DNA of 42,137 bases from a virus (taxonomy: Duplodnaviria > Caudoviricetes). Location of the stretch: IMG/VR virus record IMGVR_UViG_3300027710_000050, positions 1 to 42,137 of that record. The stretch is one strand, 5' to 3'. A program made the position numbers and the translations under genes. This document shows, piece by piece, positions 27,933 through 35,211 of the stretch; the first letter of the stretch is position 1; each line of letters opens with the position of its first letter. A model generated the notes under the pieces. That model searched no databases. It worked only from the letters and a program-made list of their open reading frames with translations, and had not been told where the DNA came from.

Positions 27933-29819
27933 ATGGGTATTTTAGATACGCCGTTTAATAAAAAAATGGCTGTTTATTATGATGGTTTAGCATCGGCAAA
28001 CGGTTTAAAAATCGTAGGACGTAATTTTGGATTATCAGAAGTTTTGCAAGCCGCAACTACAGATATTGGCGGAACGTCTCGTTTTGCTTATACGCCCGTA
28101 AGTGATATTAGCAAAATAGCTTGCCTTGTTTCCTCGCAATTCTTAGTAACAGCAGGTTCAGGAAAGGCAGAAGCGTCGGGACATACAACAATAAATCAGG
28201 TTTATTATGAGCTTTACGGAATAACCTCAGCAGACGGGAAAAATGGAAAATTAAATATTGTCAGTGAATCGGCAGTCGGAATGGTGCAGAGTGACGGTGT
28301 TGGAATGCAAGTTCCTGCACTCACGCCGTTTTTTGTCAGAATGTATCAAACGTTTGCGTTTCTACCAAGCGGCACTCCAACTGCCACAGCAGTCGCTGGT
28401 GGGTCGTTGGCTGCACAGGCTTGGTATTATGTAGCAACGCGAGTAATGCAAGGGTATGAGTCAAGCCCAACTGCCGAATTTACAGCAACTACAGCCGCAG
28501 CTAATTTAGCTATTGCAATAACAATCGTGGATACAAAAAGCGCAACGGCAGACTACTACAACATTTACCGATCCTCAGCTTCGGGCGGCACAAAACAATA
28601 TTTAGGTCAGACATTTGGGCGTACAAAACGCTTTGTCGATGACGGCTCATTAACAGTAGATACGACAATCACGCCGCCAGCAGCTGGGAAAACCTATTTC
28701 GGTAATCGTATTACAACAAAAAGCACGGATTGCTCAACGCATATATCGTTAGCAGGGCAAGACGGACGAAACGTAGCATCAGGCGCATACACGTTTAGCG
28801 CGACAGGGCCAAGTTTTACCTATGGAGTTACTCCGATATGTATTCTTGGTGACGATAGAAGCGGTCGGTCAATTTTAGTTTTGGGTGATAGTATTTTTGC
28901 TGGGGCTGGCTTTGGTCAACAAAGCCCATATTATCGTCAAGAATATGGGTGCTGGGAGCAATCATACAGTGACGGCGAGATTAACTCACTAAATTGGAGC
29001 TTCCCTGGCGCATCACTTGTCGAAATTTTACACTCAACAACAATTGGCGGCGGTCGTTCGAGACTAAAATCCATTCCTTACGCTGATTGGGTATTTGACG
29101 AATTAGGCACAAATGACATTACGCTTGGCCGAACTTGGCAGCAGTTAGCAAACGATAAACTAGCACTTGCTGCAATCTGTAAACGGTTTGGCGTTAAATA
29201 CGTCACGACAACAATCTTGCCTCGTGGCACAAGTCTTACATCAGCAGGGGTGACAATCGCAGGGCAAACTCCGCAGCCGTATGACGCACAGCGCATCAGT
29301 TTTAATACATGGGTTCGTGCAGGATGTCCAGTTAACGGTTCAGGCGTAGCGGATATTGCAGGCAGTCCAAGCCCTCTGGTGCATTCACTTGTTGATTTGG
29401 CTGCTACTGTTGAAGTCAATGCAAGTAATGTGTTGACGCTAAACGGCGGCTATTGGCTTGTCCCGATCGCACCGATCGCCAGCGGTATTGTTTTAACTGG
29501 TACACCTACAGCAACAAGCTTACCGACAGGTACAACACTTGTAACAAATGAAAATGTAGGGCGTGCAATCAAAATAACGTCAGGCGCGAGAAATGGTCAG
29601 TATGCAGTTGTTAAAAGCAACAACACATCGACTTATACACTGTACACAACAGGTGATTCAACGTTAGGTGTCACTGCTTTAACAGGCGCACCAGCCGCTG
29701 GGGACACGTTTGAAATTTACGAAACAAATGCGGCTGATTCAGTACATCCTAGCCGATACCGACATGCTCAACTCGCAGACGTTATCAGAACATGGCTTTT
29801 AGCTAATGTTTTAATTTAG
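27933..29819 (+). CDS. tailspike/receptor-binding protein with SGNH hydrolase domain
   Basis: VLGDSI (block I), ELGTND (block III), DSVHP (block V). Confidence 0.75.
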   Translation: MGILDTPFNKKMAVYYDGLASANGLKIVGRNFGLSEVLQAATTDIGGTSRFAYTPVSDISKIACLVSSQFLVTAGSGKAEASGHTTINQVYYELYGITSADGKNGKLNIVSESAVGMVQSDGVGMQVPALTPFFVRMYQTFAFLPSGTPTATAVAGGSLAAQAWYYVATRVMQGYESSPTAEFTATTAAANLAIAITIVDTKSATADYYNIYRSSASGGTKQYLGQTFGRTKRFVDDGSLTVDTTITPPAAGKTYFGNRITTKSTDCSTHISLAGQDGRNVASGAYTFSATGPSFTYGVTPICILGDDRSGRSILVLGDSIFAGAGFGQQSPYYRQEYGCWEQSYSDGEINSLNWSFPGASLVEILHSTTIGGGRSRLKSIPYADWVFDELGTNDITLGRTWQQLANDKLALAAICKRFGVKYVTTTILPRGTSLTSAGVTIAGQTPQPYDAQRISFNTWVRAGCPVNGSGVADIAGSPSPLVHSLVDLAATVEVNASNVLTLNGGYWLVPIAPIASGIVLTGTPTATSLPTGTTLVTNENVGRAIKITSGARNGQYAVVKSNNTSTYTLYTTGDSTLGVTALTGAPAAGDTFEIYETNAADSVHPSRYRHAQLADVIRTWLLANVLI

Positions 29820-29822
29820 GCA

Positions 29823-29845
29823 ATAAAAAACCATCCGAAGATGAC
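29823..29845 (-). terminator. terminator for leftward transcription
   Basis: Minus strand CATC-TTCG-GATG followed by GTTTTTTATT. Confidence 0.6.
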
Positions 29846-29859
29846 TAAATTGTCTTACA

Positions 29860-29925
29860 TGATTATGCGTCACTAATGACGTAAAATAATACGTTAATTA
29901 GGACGCATATACCTAGTTATGCGTC
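29860..29925 (+). other. attI-like recombination site (crossover G/TT at 29916-29917)
   Basis: CGCATAT-ACCTA-GTTATGC inverted L/R boxes 5 bp apart; upstream direct repeat TTATGCGTC; core complementary to R'' of the first attC. Confidence 0.6.
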
Positions 29926-29935
29926 TATTTCAGTG

Positions 29936-30625
29936 TTATTGCAAAGGCAAAGACATTTGCACACGCTGTACCAAGTAAGCACGGTCTTGACGTAAAAACT
30001 CTGTTTCGCGGTCATGTTGTTGGCTTAAAAACAAACTTGCCTCGACTTCTAAGGACTTTAAGACGTTGACGGCTTGGTCATACATGGTCACAGGTAATTT
30101 AGCGGCCACTTCGCCACTGGCTAAAGCGCGAACGTGTTTCCATGCCCAATGCTCCCAAGAACCGCTACGGTGAAAGCCACAGGCAATACTATTTACCATT
30201 AAGCGCAAGTTGTGATATTGCGTGGGCGTGATGGTTTCGATAGCGGCTTTGGCAGTAGGCAAAACATAGCTACCTGTTTTCATCACTGTATCAATTACCT
30301 CAGCCGCCCAATTCGTAAACGCATCGGCTTCGGGTTTGTTGCTACGAAAAGCAATTTTGCATAAGCCTTTAAAGTTGACAGTTTGTAGGCTTTGCTCGCT
30401 CTTAATATCAGTACCATGTTGATTAGTTTGGGGGGTTGTAAGTTTCACAACCCCCCTCCAATCTTCGGGGATAATGTTCAAGGAACGTACACCTGCCCAA
30501 TAAACACCAAGCACAGCAAACACGTCTTTAGCGACAAACCAAAGTTCATTATTTTGAAATACGGTACGGACTTTGTGGGCTTCTTGAAATGTAAAAACTT
30601 CGGGGATAGCAATAGCAGCGTTCAT
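29936..30625 (-). CDS. Bro-N domain antirepressor
   Basis: FTFQ...VRTV....LWFVAKDV...FRSNKPEA..F..W.......KTGSY. Confidence 0.85.
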   Translation of the reverse strand: MNAAIAIPEVFTFQEAHKVRTVFQNNELWFVAKDVFAVLGVYWAGVRSLNIIPEDWRGVVKLTTPQTNQHGTDIKSEQSLQTVNFKGLCKIAFRSNKPEADAFTNWAAEVIDTVMKTGSYVLPTAKAAIETITPTQYHNLRLMVNSIACGFHRSGSWEHWAWKHVRALASGEVAAKLPVTMYDQAVNVLKSLEVEASLFLSQQHDRETEFLRQDRAYLVQRVQMSLPLQ

Positions 30626-30675
30626 AATGGTTTCCTGTATAACGGTATATTTTCCGCAACCCGATTGTCACAGCG

Positions 30676-30753
30676 GGTGGCAGACCGAACGGGGGTGACA
30701 ATGCCAGATACAGGTCTGACCAGCCAAATGGCTGCCCCATTCAGTCCACCATA
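30676..30753 (-). ncRNA. c4-like antisense RNA
   Basis: Minus-strand multi-stem fold closed by GGTGG/CCACC carrying TTGTCAC, complementary to GTGACAA targets at 30665-30671 and 30829-30835; upstream of an antirepressor as in P1/P7. Confidence 0.75.
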
Positions 30754-30866
30754 ACAGGCAAACTGAACTTTCGGACACAAAAAAACCGCCTAAACAAGGT
30801 TTGGCGGGTGTCCGCCTGCATTATCGGGTTGTCACGCCCGACTACTCAATGTGGAGTAGTGGAGCA

Positions 30867-30895
30867 ATCATATCCTTAACCCCATTCTTTGTCAA
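30867..30895 (-). promoter_or_regulatory. sigma70 promoter of the c4-ant unit
   Basis: TTGACA-17-TATGAT. Confidence 0.75.
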
Positions 30896-30900
30896 ACCAC

Positions 30901-30997
30901 GCATAACTCACGGTTTAAGCCCGACAAACACCCAGCCTTTAATTGCTTGAGTCGGCTGTCAGTGTGGGCGTTTGCGGCTTAACCTAAGCAGTTAGAT
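30901..30997 (+). repeat. attC-like site 1
   Basis: GCATAAC-TCACG-GTTTAAGC...GCTTAAC-CTAAGCA-GTTAGAT. Confidence 0.85.
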
Positions 30998-30998
30998 A

Positions 30999-31187
30999 CT
31001 AGCGTTCAGGCATCGCTATAAGCTTGCCATCAATTTTTACATAGCTTATTTCTATGCTTTGGTGTTCTTGCTCACTTGGTTCAAGATTGCAAACTAGGTT
31101 TTCCTTGTTTAAATACCCCATCTCATCATCAGGCCAGTCAACAATCTCTGTTACTGTTGACGTGTAAGTTACAACTAATCTAGCCAT
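30999..31187 (-). CDS. cassette ORF, acidic hypothetical protein
   Basis: AGGAGAGG RBS; fills the space between attC1 and attC2. Confidence 0.75.
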   Translation of the reverse strand: MARLVVTYTSTVTEIVDWPDDEMGYLNKENLVCNLEPSEQEHQSIEISYVKIDGKLIAMPER

Positions 31188-31200
31188 TTTCCTCTCCTGT

Positions 31201-31322
31201 ATCTAACTCTCATTGCAGTGTGACAAGTACCCAGCCACTAATTGCTTAATTTTTGATGCTTTTGGCAACTACTGCATTTTTTGCAGCAGTTGGGTACTTG
31301 CACCTGAATTTTTTAGTTAGGC
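31201..31322 (+). repeat. attC-like site 2
   Basis: ATCTAAC-TCTC-ATTGCAGT...CCTGAAT-TTTTTA-GTTAGGC. Confidence 0.8.
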
Positions 31323-31550
31323 ATCACGCTTGTAATTAGGCGTAAGCCCTAGTCTTTCACGCAATACAACAATGTCGGTATGTCTTTTACCAACCCAATC
31401 GTCATTTAAAGCATCAAGATACCGCTCTGTTAATGCTCTTGATGTTTTGTCGTGATGAAGATAGCGATTATCTTCTTCAAGCATAATTTTAAAGCGTTCT
31501 ATTTTTGCTTCGAGTTCTTCAAGCCGTTTTTTTGTACCAAAAGGCCACAT
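31317..31550 (-). CDS. cassette ORF, hypothetical protein
   Basis: GAGG RBS; stop codon inside the GTTAG core. Confidence 0.75.
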   Translation of the reverse strand: MWPFGTKKRLEELEAKIERFKIMLEEDNRYLHHDKTSRALTERYLDALNDDWVGKRHTDIVVLRERLGLTPNYKRDA

Positions 31551-31582
31551 ATAATTACCTCATTTGTTTTATCGCAAATCAT

Positions 31583-31705
31583 GCCTAACTCGCGGTTCAA
31601 GTCAGATGCTAACCCAGCATCTAACTGTGTATTTTTCTCTGTCATTTCATCACCTCGTTAATTCAATAAAAGTGGGGTTAGCACTGCTTAACCTAGTAGT
31701 TAGAC
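31583..31705 (+). repeat. attC-like site 3
   Basis: GCCTAAC-TCGCG-GTTCAAGT...GCTTAAC-CTAGTA-GTTAGAC. Confidence 0.85.
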
Positions 31706-31969
31706 GCTACTACGCGCTTTAATCATTGCATCGGCAATACTGTAAGCATCAATAGCAATACCCATTCTCCATTCTTCGTCGTACCCGTGCTTTTCCGCAT
31801 AATCACAATAGTTTTTCATAACAGTTGGCAGTGCTTTTGCTGCGAAATAATCACGAATTGTTAGCCCACCAACAGCTTCATATTCTTCAACATAAGCACC
31901 GTCGGTTCTCCCGCCTGCCATAGTCACTTTTTTGGCTTTTAGCCCTGCGTTTACTAATTCATTGCTCAT
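31700..31969 (-). CDS. cassette ORF, common phage protein (G.T.RDYFAAKA family)
   Basis: GLTIRDYFAAKAL...AYSIADAMIKAR. Confidence 0.8.
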   Translation of the reverse strand: MSNELVNAGLKAKKVTMAGGRTDGAYVEEYEAVGGLTIRDYFAAKALPTVMKNYCDYAEKHGYDEEWRMGIAIDAYSIADAMIKARSSV

Positions 31970-31998
31970 TATAAAATCCTCTTAATTTTCACTACGCT

Positions 31999-32090
31999 TT
32001 CTAACTCTCATTCAAGCCGATAAATACCCAGTCAATCATCAAGTGTTCTCTGTCAGTGTTGGCATTTACGGCTTAATTTTTTAGTTAGGT
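31999..32090 (+). repeat. attC-like site 4
   Basis: TTCTAAC-TCTC-ATTCAAGCCGA...CGGCTTAAT-TTTTTA-GTTAGGT; arms resemble the aadA-type attC. Confidence 0.85.
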
Positions 32091-32342
32091 TTTAACCCCT
32101 TTGCTCTTTAATAGTTTTTTCTTTGCGCGTTTACACGCAGAGATAATCACGTCAAGACTTAACGGGTTTCCTGTTACTATCGTCAATATTGGGTTTAATT
32201 CTGCAACTGTATTTGCGCCAGTATCCACAACTTCGCCTACATTTGCTGGGTGATTACTTATAGCAATGCCAGCCCACTCGCCATTAGTGTCATCGTAAAT
32301 ATCAGTTACAATCTTATTTCCACATCCAAGCTCTATTTGCAT
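32085..32342 (-). CDS. cassette ORF, hypothetical protein (start MQIELG)
   Basis: GGAG RBS before ATG 32342; stop in the core. Confidence 0.7.
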   Translation of the reverse strand: MQIELGCGNKIVTDIYDDTNGEWAGIAISNHPANVGEVVDTGANTVAELNPILTIVTGNPLSLDVIISACKRAKKKLLKSKGVKT

Positions 32343-32354
32343 TTTAGTCTCCAA

Positions 32355-32475
32355 ACCTAACATTGCAATCAAGCAGGAACGCACCCTAGCCGATTGCTAC
32401 GTTAATATTAAATCTTGGCAACATTGCCATTGTTTACATCAAAGAGGGTGCGTCCTCTTATTGCCTGTGTTAGGC
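32355..32475 (+). repeat. attC-like site 5
   Basis: ACCTAAC-ATTGC-AATCAAGC...TCTTATT-GCCTGT-GTTAGGC. Confidence 0.8.
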
Positions 32476-32631
32476 AGCCACAACAATAACCCTATCCGCA
32501 GTTAAGCACCCGTACCCGCTTTGGTGTAAATACTTCAAAGTGCCATTATCGCTTACAAGCTGAAATATAGGCTCATTTCCGCCTGCAACATCTTCAAATA
32601 CAAACTGGCTTATCTGTCTTAAAATTACCAT
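32470..32631 (-). CDS. cassette ORF, 53 aa
   Basis: Read manually: MVILRQISQFVFEDVAGG...IVVAA; TAATG coupling; stop in the core. Confidence 0.6.
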   Translation of the reverse strand: MVILRQISQFVFEDVAGGNEPIFQLVSDNGTLKYLHQSGYGCLTADRVIVVAA

Positions 32632-32906
32632 TATTTTGCATCCTCAATAGGTTCAAGATTGCCGTTTTGCGCGGTTCTATACATACCCTTTGGTAAATAC
32701 TTGCGCTCAAATTGCTCATGCCATTTACCAAACTCAGTAGGCGTTTTATCGGAGTGCAATGTTGGCGCACAAGCACTACAAAGCAACATTTCGCGCCGTT
32801 CTTCAATCCCTTCCCAGTCAAAATGTTTTGCCATTGGCTTAATGCCTTGACAAGACAACGCTGTATTTTCAACGCAACCGCATTTTTCACACTGAAATAA
32901 GCTCAT
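32631..32906 (-). CDS. cassette ORF, Cys-rich Zn-binding phage protein
   Basis: MSLFQCEKCGCVENTA...LCSAC...GKWH. Confidence 0.75.
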   Translation of the reverse strand: MSLFQCEKCGCVENTALSCQGIKPMAKHFDWEGIEERREMLLCSACAPTLHSDKTPTEFGKWHEQFERKYLPKGMYRTAQNGNLEPIEDAK

Positions 32907-33076
32907 TAAAACTCGCCCCTATCTTTTCTTGGTGCTGTTACTTCAAAACCAAGTTGCCATATTATTGCACCAATAAATGAACCAGCTATTGCCGAGTCTT
33001 TATCCGCACCAAAAATAATATACGTTAGCAAAAATGCAAAAAATGCAGGTATTGCCATAAAAAATAATCGCGCCAT
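32906..33076 (-). CDS. cassette ORF, 56-aa two-TM protein
   Basis: Read manually: MARLFFMAIPAFFAFLLTYIIFG...; TAATG coupling. Confidence 0.6.
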   Translation of the reverse strand: MARLFFMAIPAFFAFLLTYIIFGADKDSAIAGSFIGAIIWQLGFEVTAPRKDRGEF

Positions 33077-33104
33077 AACACTATTCTCATCTATCGCTAA
33101 AGTT

Positions 33105-33188
33105 GCCTAACTCTACGTCAACGCGACCAGTACCCAATCAACAAAATACCGTTTGCCTGTGGCTGGCGCGTTACGCACTTAGTTAGAA
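33105..33188 (+). repeat. attC-like site 6
   Basis: GCCTAAC-TCTA-CGTCAACG...CGTTACG-CACTTA-GTTAGAA. Confidence 0.8.
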
Positions 33189-33189
33189 C

Positions 33190-33390
33190 CTACTTTTTAA
33201 CAAACTTATTGCAAAGTGATGTTGGCATAACATTAAACTTAAAATCAGGATTTCTAGCGCAAGAATCATCACCAATCCTAAGTGGCGGTCTTTTGTTTTT
33301 TTCAAAAAACATGCAGCTTTCGCAGTTTGGAGAAAACTCGCTGTAGCAGTTTTCTTTCTTTAAGTGTTCTACAATCTCTTTCTCGTTCAT
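33190..33390 (-). CDS. cassette ORF, Cys-rich protein (start MNEKE)
   Basis: AGGAG RBS; CESC...C...LCNKF. Confidence 0.7.
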   Translation of the reverse strand: MNEKEIVEHLKKENCYSEFSPNCESCMFFEKNKRPPLRIGDDSCARNPDFKFNVMPTSLCNKFVKK

Positions 33391-33407
33391 CGCAATATCT
33401 CCTGCGG

Positions 33408-33430
33408 TTCTAGCTCTCATTCAAGCCGAC
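33408..33430 (+). repeat. truncated, mutated attC-like half site 7
   Basis: TTCTAGC-TCTC-ATTCAAGCCGAC (AAC to AGC), right arm absent. Confidence 0.7.
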
Positions 33431-33434
33431 CAAT

Positions 33435-33461
33435 AAAAAACCCACTTTTTAGGGTGGGTTT
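33435..33461 (-). terminator. intrinsic terminator
   Basis: Minus strand AAACCCAC-CCTAAAAA-GTGGGTTTTTTA. Confidence 0.65.
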
Positions 33462-33472
33462 GTTTGTGTTGC

Positions 33473-33680
33473 TTTTTGCGTGTCGTTTGCGTGTCATTCT
33501 GTAGGCACTTATAGGCACTTATAGACACACTAGAAAACAAAAAAGCCTAGATTTCTCTAGGCTTTTCAATGGTTTGATTGGTGGAGATGGCGGGAATTGA
33601 ACCCGCCAACAATATAAAAATAACCTTTTATTATCAATATATTGCAGCTATGCCTCTTTTTTGCGTGTCGTTTGCGTGTC
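33473..33680. other. attP region with arm-type sites
   Basis: TTTTTGCGTGTCGTTTGCGTGTC at 33473-33495 and 33658-33680; TAGGCACTTA tandem at 33502-33528; terminator 33540-33566. Confidence 0.8.
33579..33606 (-). other. attP core: 3' end of tmRNA (ssrA)
   Basis: GCGGGTTCAATTCCCGCCATCTCCACCA, T-arm plus acceptor only. Confidence 0.8.
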
Positions 33681-34901
33681 GATTTGCTCAAAATCAGCAT
33701 AATTCCCCGATGGTTTATAGCCATTTTTCTTGCTTGAGTCGGGTATCCATTTTCCATAGTTGCGCGTAATCATTTCAGCGTCAACGTGTCCCATTTGTTG
33801 AGACAACCACCAGATATTCTCACCACGCGAAAGCAGGGTGCTGGCAAACGTATGACGAGTTTGGTATGGATTACGATAGCGTACACCAGCCTTTTTTAAA
33901 ACGTGTTCCCACAGTGTCTTTCTAATCTGTGCGTCCGTTTCCCAAGGGGTCTTAGTGCGCGGATTGTGAAATACTCGCTTACCCTCAATAAATGTATGCT
34001 CTTTTTGAGCATTAAGCGCGGCAAGTGCCAAAGGCCAAAGCATCACTTCTCTTGTGCCAGCCGCGGTCTTAGTTCCCTTTTCTGTTTTTTCAACCACGGC
34101 ACGAGACACCATAGCTTTGTTGTTCACAAAATCAATGTCCTGCCATTCAAGCGCGATTAGTTCGCTGGTGCGTAGTCCCGACCAAAAAGCAAACTGGATT
34201 AAGTTTTTACCTTGGCCATCACAATTATTAAGTATCGCTTTAATTTCGTCCGTATTAAACGGGTCAATTTCGTATGTGCTTTTAGTTGTGGTTTTAGTTA
34301 AAAGTTTATTTAGAGCGATTTTATCAAGTGGATTATTTTGTATTAGGCCGTCATTTAGTGCGTCATCTAATACAGAACGTAGGGGAGTTAATATGTTTCG
34401 TACTGTTTTAGCAGTTTTGTTTTGAGTTAATACCCATTCTTTAATGTGGGTCGGTTCAATCTCAATAACGGGAATTGAACCAAAGGCAGGGATTAAATGA
34501 CCATGTACTATTTTTTGATAGCCATTAAAAGTTGACGGCGATATTTTGCCGTTGTCGGTGGCTTGTTGGTACAAAGCAAGAAAGTCGGCCAATAAGTCGC
34601 CAATGGTTTTATCAGTGACAGCATGGCCAAACAATCTCGCTTTTGATGAATCAGGAAAATAAACCGAATAGTCAAACGTGTCGCGTTCAATAGCGTTTTG
34701 AATTTCTGACTTGAGCCGTTCGGCGTATTTGATGTTTGCAGCCGTGTGAGGCAGGGCAAGGTTTTCACGGCATCGAACGCCGCGATAAGAAAATGAGATT
34801 TGGATGGATTGCGTGTGCTTATGCTCACGCAGCATTATGCCGCGTGGAGCTTTTGGCTTTTTATCGACTTTTGTGTCGCTTGGTTTCCGTTCTCCACCCA
34901 T
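33648..34901 (-). CDS. int: phage tyrosine integrase with arm-binding N-terminus (DUF3596-like)
   Basis: FSYRGVRCRE; SGLRTSEL, YQTRHTFAS, QMGH, Y catalytic motifs. Confidence 0.95.
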   Translation of the reverse strand: MGGERKPSDTKVDKKPKAPRGIMLREHKHTQSIQISFSYRGVRCRENLALPHTAANIKYAERLKSEIQNAIERDTFDYSVYFPDSSKARLFGHAVTDKTIGDLLADFLALYQQATDNGKISPSTFNGYQKIVHGHLIPAFGSIPVIEIEPTHIKEWVLTQNKTAKTVRNILTPLRSVLDDALNDGLIQNNPLDKIALNKLLTKTTTKSTYEIDPFNTDEIKAILNNCDGQGKNLIQFAFWSGLRTSELIALEWQDIDFVNNKAMVSRAVVEKTEKGTKTAAGTREVMLWPLALAALNAQKEHTFIEGKRVFHNPRTKTPWETDAQIRKTLWEHVLKKAGVRYRNPYQTRHTFASTLLSRGENIWWLSQQMGHVDAEMITRNYGKWIPDSSKKNGYKPSGNYADFEQIDTQTTRKKEA

Positions 34902-35071
34902 TTTTCAATCTCAATTAAATTAACCCAGATATTGCCGTCACCCGCTATTTTGCAGTGAATCCCATCTAAGAATACACCACTTGAGCGTTTTTTCATTACC
35001 GCATCGCGTGTTTCGCCTGATAACTCACAGTATTTTGCGAGTTTTACCCATTTTAATTGCTTTTCGCTCAT
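34835..35071 (-). CDS. xis: excisionase
   Basis: KWV.L.KYCELSG...GIH....DGNIWVN....EKWVE; overlaps the int start. Confidence 0.8.
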   Translation of the reverse strand: MSEKQLKWVKLAKYCELSGETRDAVMKKRSSGVFLDGIHCKIAGDGNIWVNLIEIEKWVENGNQATQKSIKSQKLHAA

Positions 35072-35211
35072 TTATTTGCCGCCTTTTAAATGATGACACT
35101 CGTAACGCACTTTATGCCTGATGCCTTGATGATTGCATTGCCCGTTCTTTTTGACAGGGCATCTGGCCGATTTTTGGCATGGCTGGCCGATGTTGAGGGA
35201 TGGGATTTTAT

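Larger units (their letters stand above)
29916..33430 (+). mobile_element. integron-like gene cassette array lacking intI (7 cassettes, inverted ORFs)
   Basis: Six full attC-like sites plus one half site; flanking cores of each cassette are complementary. Confidence 0.85.

Noticed and set aside
27191-30625. Diversity-generating retroelement as in BPP-1
   Set aside because: No reverse transcriptase and no TR/VR repeat pair seen
30901-33430. Intergenic palindromes as simple terminators, REPs or CRISPR repeats
   Set aside because: They have R/L box architecture, variable length and cassette-specific complementary cores, and are separated by whole genes
33579-33606. Complete tRNA or tmRNA gene
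   Set aside because: Only the T-arm and acceptor 3' strand are present; this is an attP core
33566-33769. Short ORFs across attP
   Set aside because: They overlap the att core, arm sites and the end of int; likely spurious
33648-34901. Integrase as the integron integrase (IntI) for the array
   Set aside because: It has an arm-binding N-terminus, an adjacent xis and its own attP; I see no IntI-specific insertion, and it lies at the end opposite the attI-like site
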